Positions 58,899 through 64,000 of a stretch of 64,000 nt of DNA are shown here, piece after piece. Within the stretch, counting starts at the first letter, position 1; each line of letters begins with the position of its first letter. The notes under the pieces are model-generated. The model saw only the letters and a list, made by a program, of their open reading frames with translations, had not been told where the DNA came from and ran no database searches. The stretch is from positions 23,536 through 87,535 of IMG/VR virus record IMGVR_UViG_3300045988_125731. One strand, written 5' to 3'. Made by a program: the position numbers and the translations under genes. Source of the DNA: a virus.

Positions 58899-59477
58899 TT
58901 ATCTAACTCCAAAATAATATTTTTTCAAACGTTCTTCGCCAATAGCTTTGATAGATTTATCTGCAATTTCCTTACTTGTAAAATAAACAGCAAGTGGGAT
59001 ATGTTGACATTTGGAATAAGAATCACAACTTACGATAGACATATCTGTGTAATCAAAATATAAATAGTATTTTCTTTGTTCCGAATTATTCCAATCTATT
59101 TCTTCTTCATTATTTTCAAACGCAAACTTTTCTAACTCGTGAATAACTCTAAGTTTTTCAGTCATAAACTCTGCTTGTTTTTCGGTTTGAAAACAATTAC
59201 CTAGAGATAGAAAACGCTTGTCGATATCGTCGTCGTCATAAGGATTACAACTAATATGACCTGCACCGCTAATACAATAATAATTTCCTCTTATCTCAGG
59301 TTCCCACCATTTTTTCTTTTTTTTCTTTTCTTCCACAATTTCCCAGTCTTCAGCAGTAAGACTTTCTTTCCCTAAGACTGTAATGTTATTGATATTAATC
59401 CAACTTCCTTCTTTCCAACTTTTTCTTCTAATTTTCTTTCCATTAAGGAATTCTTCGTAAATATCTTTAAGTTTCAT
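58899..59477 (-). CDS. DUF2829-like N-terminal domain protein (paralog 3 of 3)
   Basis: IYEEFLNGKKIRRKSW. GNCFQTEKQAEFMTEKLRVIHEL. Confidence 0.45.
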   Translation of the reverse strand: MKLKDIYEEFLNGKKIRRKSWKEGSWININNITVLGKESLTAEDWEIVEEKKKKKKWWEPEIRGNYYCISGAGHISCNPYDDDDIDKRFLSLGNCFQTEKQAEFMTEKLRVIHELEKFAFENNEEEIDWNNSEQRKYYLYFDYTDMSIVSCDSYSKCQHIPLAVYFTSKEIADKSIKAIGEERLKKYYFGVR

Positions 59478-59719
59478 ATTCTTCCTCCTGATTTAACTTG
59501 ACTTAATCTTCTTAATGCTTTATAAACAATTATTCCATTATTTTCCTTTTTATAAATATCAAACTTTTCAACATCTGTCCAAGGTCTGTATAAATGTTGC
59601 TCCCAATGTGAGTAATAATATACAAATCCTTCTTTTTCTAACTTTTCTTCATTTTCTTTTGAATACTCTTCGAAATCTTCTAAAGTAATAACTCCTAAAT
59701 TAGTATCTAATGTTCTCAT
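59474..59719 (-). CDS. hypothetical protein (start refined to ATG after AGGAGG)
   Basis: TTAGGAGGAATT ATG at 59719. Confidence 0.4.
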   Translation of the reverse strand: MRTLDTNLGVITLEDFEEYSKENEEKLEKEGFVYYYSHWEQHLYRPWTDVEKFDIYKKENNGIIVYKALRRLSQVKSGGRI

Positions 59720-59732
59720 AATTCCTCCTAAT

Positions 59733-59990
59733 CTAATCACATTCACAGCCATCATCTAACCAATAATGCATACCGCACTTTTTACAATAACGCCAACCGC
59801 TATCAACAGGTTTGCCAAATAATTCCTCGTAAGTATAGTTTGTTCCAAACTCTTGATTTGCTTTATCAGTTAATTTTTTAGCTTTTGCGATGTACTCTTT
59901 CTTTGTTGTACAATCTAAATCAACATCATACAACCAAGTTGTGTTGACTATATCTAATTCCTTATTGCTTTCTAATCTGTATACTACCAT
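59733..59990 (-). CDS. small protein with C-terminal Cys cluster (CKKCGMHYWLDDGCECD)
   Basis: TAGGAGGTATTTGAA ATG. First gene after promoter copy A. Confidence 0.45.
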   Translation of the reverse strand: MVVYRLESNKELDIVNTTWLYDVDLDCTTKKEYIAKAKKLTDKANQEFGTNYTYEELFGKPVDSGWRYCKKCGMHYWLDDGCECD

Positions 59991-60019
59991 TTCAAATACC
60001 TCCTATGTAGTAATTATCT

Positions 60020-60080
60020 TTACACTAATATTATATCACACTTTTTGCATTTTTAAAAACTTTTTGCTTTTTATGTATAA
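60020..60080 (-). promoter_or_regulatory. repeated promoter element copy A (extended -10 TGaTATAAT + conserved upstream box)
   Basis: Minus-strand reading: TACATAAAAAGCAAAAAGTTTTTAAAA...GTGTGATATAATATTAGTGTA. Confidence 0.5.
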
Positions 60081-60131
60081 CCATATTTACATATATACAT
60101 AAAACCATAAATACATAAATATGTATATTTA

Positions 60132-60428
60132 TTAATAAATAGTTAAAACATAAAATCCATTTTTACGCTCTACATAGAATTGACTTTGAGGGTCATTGAA
60201 AGCTACCCAACGCATATACTCCCATATACTATTAATTTGTAATACAGCCATTACTTTTATATCGTTGTTGTCAATTAATAAATCACTACCACAAGTATTA
60301 ACAAACGCTTTAAAGCAAGTATCTAAATCTTTACTAATAAAAATTGTGTTATCTTCGTTTGTAAAATAATCTTTCTTATCTATTGGTGTTTCAAAAATTA
60401 ATGTTGTATTGTTTTGTTTTTTATTCAT
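60132..60428 (-). CDS. hypothetical protein
   Basis: 98-aa ORF. Confidence 0.4.
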   Translation of the reverse strand: MNKKQNNTTLIFETPIDKKDYFTNEDNTIFISKDLDTCFKAFVNTCGSDLLIDNNDIKVMAVLQINSIWEYMRWVAFNDPQSQFYVERKNGFYVLTIY

Positions 60429-60477
60429 AATTTATTCCTTTCTTTTAAGTCCGTGGACTGTTTTTCATTACACTAAT

Positions 60478-60530
60478 ATTATACCACAAAAATTAATTTT
60501 TAAAAACTTTTTGCTTTTTATGTATGTATG
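60478..60530 (-). promoter_or_regulatory. repeated promoter element copy B
   Basis: TACACTAATATTATACCACA...TTTTAAAAACTTTTTGCTTTTTATGTA. Confidence 0.45.
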
Positions 60531-60606
60531 GTTGTAAATAAAACCATATTTATGTATATATGTATCTTCCTTATTATATATAATATATATAAGCAAAAAT
60601 AAATAA

Positions 60607-60640
60607 AAAATAAAAGACCACTATTTGATAGTGGTCAATA
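60607..60640 (-). terminator. rho-independent terminator (GACCACTAT...ATAGTGGTC + U-run on minus strand)
   Basis: 9-bp stem. TTTTATTTTTT on the minus strand after it. Confidence 0.55.
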
Positions 60641-61010
60641 AAAGAAAGGTTTTATATTTCATAGGAAAGTTATATATCTTTCCATTAACTGAAATGCTTT
60701 TTCCAAACAAATCAAAGTATGCAATATCTATTTTGTTTGTTTGTTCTACTGTTAAAAGGTCTAAAAACTCTTTAACATTATTTAAGACTTTATCATTACC
60801 GATGTTTAATTGAGTAAAAATAAAATCTCTTTCATTTGCTAAAAGGTTGTCTAACTCTTGTTCTGAAATCCCATTAGGATATTTTTGATTTAAAAGTTTT
60901 TCAAACTCTTCTACTTTGTTTTCTTCTATAATAATACATTGAGTGTCAATTGCATTAACGCTCCAAGGCTCAAAATCACTAAAATTAATATTTGCTTTAA
61001 TAGTTATCAT
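60621..61010 (-). CDS. hypothetical protein (N-terminus homologous to 61007..61246)
   Basis: FEPWSVNAIDTQCIIIEENKVEEFEKLLNQKYPNGISEQELDNLL. Confidence 0.4.
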   Translation of the reverse strand: MITIKANINFSDFEPWSVNAIDTQCIIIEENKVEEFEKLLNQKYPNGISEQELDNLLANERDFIFTQLNIGNDKVLNNVKEFLDLLTVEQTNKIDIAYFDLFGKSISVNGKIYNFPMKYKTFLLLTTIK

Positions 61011-61246
61011 ATTGTATCTTCTTCCTCATTATCTTCTTCTGTTATTCCTAAACATTCATAAATCCATTTTTCTTCAAATCTTAATAAATCATTCAATCCT
61101 GTTTCTGTTATTCCTTCGGGATAGCATTCTTCAATAAGGACATTAAACTCTTTTTCTTTTCCTTTTTTGATAATTAGGTCTTTAGTCTCGATTGCACCCG
61201 CCCACGGTTCAAACTCTTCTAGTGTAATTTCTCTAAATACTTTCAT
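61007..61246 (-). CDS. hypothetical protein (paralog of N-terminal part of 60621..61010)
   Basis: FEPWAGAIETKDLIIKKGKEKEFNVLIEECYPEGITETGLNDLL. Confidence 0.4.
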   Translation of the reverse strand: MKVFREITLEEFEPWAGAIETKDLIIKKGKEKEFNVLIEECYPEGITETGLNDLLRFEEKWIYECLGITEEDNEEEDTI

Positions 61247-61254
61247 ATTTTCAC

Positions 61255-61554
61255 CTATTTTTGACTTTCTTCTTTTAACATTGTTATTGCTTTTTCAATT
61301 CCAATTTTTTTTGCATAAGATAACAATTCTTCAAATTGGTTAAAAGTTCCGCGAAAACGATTTTCGCCATAACAACTATTAGAAGTTTCAGTTGTTTCAA
61401 TTTCTATCATAAGTTTGTCTTGCTCGTTATAATACATTCTTGTTATAATTGAGCCATTATAACTTTGAGTTGATGTTGTAATGTATTTACTACCCCTTCT
61501 TGTTGCTAATGTGCGAGATAAATCCGCATTAATTGTTGCATAAAAACTTGCCAT
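61255..61554 (-). CDS. hypothetical protein
   Basis: AAAAGGAGAAAG RBS, downstream of promoter copy C. Confidence 0.4.
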   Translation of the reverse strand: MASFYATINADLSRTLATRRGSKYITTSTQSYNGSIITRMYYNEQDKLMIEIETTETSNSCYGENRFRGTFNQFEELLSYAKKIGIEKAITMLKEESQK

Positions 61555-61595
61555 ATTTTTCTTTCTCCTTTTAAAGTGCAGTGCACTATTTATTT

Positions 61596-61660
61596 ACACT
61601 AATATTATATCATACTTTTAAAGGTTTTTAAAACTTTTTGCTTTTTATGTAAATGTTTAT
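61596..61660 (-). promoter_or_regulatory. repeated promoter element copy C
   Basis: Minus strand: ...AGTATGATATAATATTAGTGTAAATAAATAGTGCACTGCACTTTAAAAGGAGAAAG ATG. Extended -10 plus 5' hairpin plus RBS. Confidence 0.5.
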
Positions 61661-61703
61661 TTATGTATAAAATTAATACTTTGAAAGTAAAAGTTTTGTT
61701 ATA

Positions 61704-61733
61704 AATAAAAAAAAGAAGGATTAAATCCTTCTA
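61704..61733 (-). terminator. rho-independent terminator (GAAGGATT/AATCCTTC + U8) overlapping the stop codon of 61731..62504
   Basis: Perfect 8-bp stem. TTTTTTTT on the minus strand. Confidence 0.6.
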
Positions 61734-62504
61734 GTTTTTTTCTATTACACCAATTTTTTTAATCATATTTTTTAATTCTTCTTCTTTTTCACTATCTGTA
61801 ACTTGTTTTTTCATATTACAAGGCATTAACATTGCTATTGCATTTTCATTCTTTGTAAATACAACGGGTTTTACTCTACCAAATGTATAATCTTCTATAT
61901 CATAAGGTGTATAAGGTTTATATGCTTCTGCTTGACCTATTGTAATTTTATCACGGTTGCTTAAACCTAGAATTGTTAATACGTTTTCTAATTCTTCAAT
62001 AGAAACATATGTTAATTCTTTAATATTTGCTACATCTCTGTCTCCTGTAAAATTAAATGCTACAATTTGTTGATTATTGCTTTTTGCAAGTGCTATTGTG
62101 TGATAAATAGATTCTACTAATACATCATATGTACAACCTAATTCGGAATTTCGTTTTTCTTTAAAAATAGAATCACAAGGCGGATATTTTTCTTTGTCGT
62201 CTCTCTCTTCTAACCCTTGAATGATTTCATTTGCTGCAAAAAAGAACGCTGTAAAGCGATTAGTAAAAACTTGCATTCTTTTATTATCTAACATTTGATA
62301 ATCGCATTTAGATAGAATTGAATATGTTGTTTTTGAATTCTTCTTTAAATATCTTTTAATAGCTGTTAAACGCTTTTTGGAAGTATTTAAATTAAGTGCT
62401 TCTAAAGATAGATTATAATCTATTTCTTGTAAATACATTTTTAATCCCTCATAGTTTTCTGTGTTTAGATAATCTCTAATTTTGTTTAATTCTTGTTTAT
62501 TCAT
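61731..62504 (-). CDS. hypothetical protein
   Basis: 257-aa ORF bounded by promoter copy D and its own terminator. Confidence 0.4.
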   Translation of the reverse strand: MNKQELNKIRDYLNTENYEGLKMYLQEIDYNLSLEALNLNTSKKRLTAIKRYLKKNSKTTYSILSKCDYQMLDNKRMQVFTNRFTAFFFAANEIIQGLEERDDKEKYPPCDSIFKEKRNSELGCTYDVLVESIYHTIALAKSNNQQIVAFNFTGDRDVANIKELTYVSIEELENVLTILGLSNRDKITIGQAEAYKPYTPYDIEDYTFGRVKPVVFTKNENAIAMLMPCNMKKQVTDSEKEEELKNMIKKIGVIEKN

Positions 62505-62542
62505 TTTTTTCTTCCTTTCTTTAAAGTCCTTAGGACTATTTT

Positions 62543-62610
62543 TATACTAATATTATATCATATTTTTAAAGGTTTTTAAAACTTTTTGCTTTTTATGTAA
62601 ATATTTATTT
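62543..62610 (-). promoter_or_regulatory. repeated promoter element copy D
   Basis: TATACTAATATTATATCATATTTTTAAAGGTTTTTAAAACTTTTTGCTTTTTATGTAAATATTTATTTATGTA. Near-identical to copy C, including the downstream TACTTTGAAAGT extension. Confidence 0.5.
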
Positions 62611-62653
62611 ATGTACAAATATAATACTTTGAAAGTCAAAGTATTGCTACAAG

Positions 62654-62683
62654 TCAAAAAAAGTACTTAAAAACTAAGTACTT
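62654..62683 (-). terminator. rho-independent terminator (palindrome AAGTACTT...AAGTACTT + U7), stop codon inside the stem
   Basis: A-run and T-run flank it, so it may act in both directions. Confidence 0.55.
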
Positions 62684-62978
62684 TTAAATTTGTTATATTT
62701 AAATATTCTTTAATTATCTTTTTACAATTATTAATTATATCTTGTGTTGTTGCTTGATGGCTTATTTCAAACTTAAAGCCATAATCTTGTAGTGCATCAA
62801 AACAAGATATGATTAATCTACTACTGTTTTTTGGATTAACACTCACATATATATCATACTCTACATCATTGTTATATAATGTTGCACTACAAGTTCTTAC
62901 AAGTGGTAAGATTTTATATGCGTTAACATCAATTGAGTGATAATTTATAATGTTATTACAAAGCATAATTTTCACCAC
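62667..62978 (-). CDS. hypothetical protein
   Basis: 103-aa ORF. Confidence 0.4.
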   Translation of the reverse strand: MVKIMLCNNIINYHSIDVNAYKILPLVRTCSATLYNNDVEYDIYVSVNPKNSSRLIISCFDALQDYGFKFEISHQATTQDIINNCKKIIKEYLNITNLKVLSF

Positions 62979-63456
62979 TTAATATTAATTCTAAAACTTT
63001 ATTAAAATCTAATTCTTTTAAAGGCTTTCTATATTGGTTGTCGTGAATATAGAATATATCGCCATTGTCCCACATCAAATCATACATTGCATTATCAATA
63101 TTTAAATTGTAAGTATGAATAATGTTTTCTATTTCTTCTTTTACAGCGTTAAAATCTGCAAAATCTTCTTTGTTAATCATTAAAGTTGCAGTTCTTAAAT
63201 AAGCACGAATTGTTAATACATCATTAGTTTTAATAACTTCTATTCTATTAGAATTATTAAAATTAAGTATTAGTTGGTATGCTCCTGTTATTTGAACACT
63301 GTTCACATTTTCTTCTAGTTCATACACACTATCTAATGCAGTTTCTATTTCCTTTGTGCTGTCCCCCTTTCCTTCTAGTTTCATTTCTTCTACTTCTAAA
63401 ATCTTTTTAACCTCTTCTAAATGATTTAGAATTTTTTCTTGTAAGTCTTTTTTCAT
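62956..63456 (-). CDS. hypothetical acidic protein
   Basis: 166-aa ORF. Confidence 0.4.
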   Translation of the reverse strand: MKKDLQEKILNHLEEVKKILEVEEMKLEGKGDSTKEIETALDSVYELEENVNSVQITGAYQLILNFNNSNRIEVIKTNDVLTIRAYLRTATLMINKEDFADFNAVKEEIENIIHTYNLNIDNAMYDLMWDNGDIFYIHDNQYRKPLKELDFNKVLELILSGENYAL

Positions 63457-63492
63457 TTTTTCTTTCTTCCTTTCTTTTTTTTGGTTTTCAAC

Positions 63493-63512
63493 CTACTAAT
63501 ATTATAGCACAA
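63493..63512 (-). promoter_or_regulatory. partial copy E of the repeated promoter core (CTACTAATATTATAGCACA)
   Basis: Matches the TACACTAATATTATATCACA core. A nearby TGTCAAG-N8-CTTGACA palindrome at 63630-63651 is a candidate operator. Confidence 0.3.
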
Positions 63513-63687
63513 TTAAAATATTAATTCAAGGCATATGCTTGTATTTTTAAACATTTTTGTTATATAATTTTTATATAATGCTATATCAAATTTGATATAC
63601 CTATTCCCTGTCAAGCAAAAATACTTGACACTTATACTTTTAAACTAAAAGAATAATAATTTTAATTTAAAAGTTTTATCAAAGTAA

Positions 63688-63722
63688 AAAAAAGAAGGAT
63701 TTAAAACCCTTCTTTTACAATT
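63688..63722 (-). terminator. rho-independent terminator (AGAAGG...CCTTCT + U-run)
   Basis: Stem with flanking A-run and T-run, at the stop codon of 63701..63973. Confidence 0.45.
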
Positions 63723-63973
63723 GCACCGCTAAGAAGTTTATATAAGTGTGTTTTTGTTTTAGTTTGTATTCCGTTTTCGTAAAGTGTAATGTTAATTTGA
63801 AATTCTATTGTCTTAAATACATCACATTTTAAAATATCATCGATTAAATCTTGTTCAAATGATTTTAACTTAAACAAAAACCAATCAATACTACTATCTT
63901 TAAGAGTCATAAAATATTTTTTTTGTTCGTTTTTAATTATGTAAACAGTCGCTTTATTCATATTTTGTTTCAT
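63701..63973 (-). CDS. hypothetical protein
   Basis: 90-aa ORF. Confidence 0.4.
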   Translation of the reverse strand: MKQNMNKATVYIIKNEQKKYFMTLKDSSIDWFLFKLKSFEQDLIDDILKCDVFKTIEFQINITLYENGIQTKTKTHLYKLLSGAIVKEGF

Positions 63974-64000
63974 TTCTTTTATTCCTTTCTTTTTAAGTGC

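Noticed and set aside
48437-61137. Plus-strand ORFs in the accessory region (48437..48628, 49621..49848, 50023..50223, 50498..50719, 51588..51788, 54162..54413, 55559..55816, 56938..57153, 59890..60102, 60625..60813, 60943..61137) and 41640..41867(-)
   Set aside because: They are antisense or out of frame relative to the dense minus-strand gene array. None has an RBS, and the compositions are typical of AT-rich shadow frames.
58011-63512. Promoter repeat copies considered as CRISPR repeats or a transposon's terminal inverted repeats
   Set aside because: Copies are all in the same orientation, irregularly spaced by whole genes, and each contains a -10/extended -10 promoter. This fits a promoter family, not an array or a mobile element.
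1-64000. tRNA or other stable RNA genes
   Set aside because: No segment with the GTTCGAATCC-type T-arm or a cloverleaf-compatible GC-rich ~75-nt block was seen. The few GC-rich islands are the leader elements described above.

Overview
The window reads as part of a large tailed dsDNA phage or prophage of a low-GC (about 30% GC, AGGAGG-type RBS) Firmicute. Nt 1-25,600 is a plus-strand late structural and tail module. It holds a highly expressed major structural gene with a strong terminator, a 24-aa-repeat DUF285/BspA-like protein, and two tandem paralogous TP901-type tape measure genes of about 1,190 aa each. Fibre-like and Tal-like tail proteins and holin-like proteins follow, with no endolysin in the window. 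Nt 25,750-64,000 is a minus-strand early module. It encodes a near-complete phage replisome and recombination set: RecU, a RecD-like SF1 helicase, DnaE-type Pol III alpha, a PD-(D/E)XK nuclease, a Toprim primase, a DnaB-like helicase and an Erf annealing protein. It also encodes a ThyX-like protein with a degenerate active-site motif and two sigma-70-family proteins. A putative nucleotide-metabolism cluster (PAPS-reductase-like PP-loop enzyme, DUF1599-like protein behind a roughly 260-nt leader, MazG-like protein) sits here too. The rest are a Xer-like tyrosine recombinase and many small accessory genes in paralogous families: YopX x2, DUF2829-like x3, a Zn-ribbon family x4 and a triplicated 85-103-aa family. 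The last 6 kb is an array of single-gene cassettes, each with a copy of a conserved extended -10 promoter repeat and its own intrinsic terminator. A conserved GGGGTA/TACCCC leader element occurs twice. No tRNA, rRNA or CRISPR array was seen. All functional calls come from motif recognition by eye and nothing was searched.
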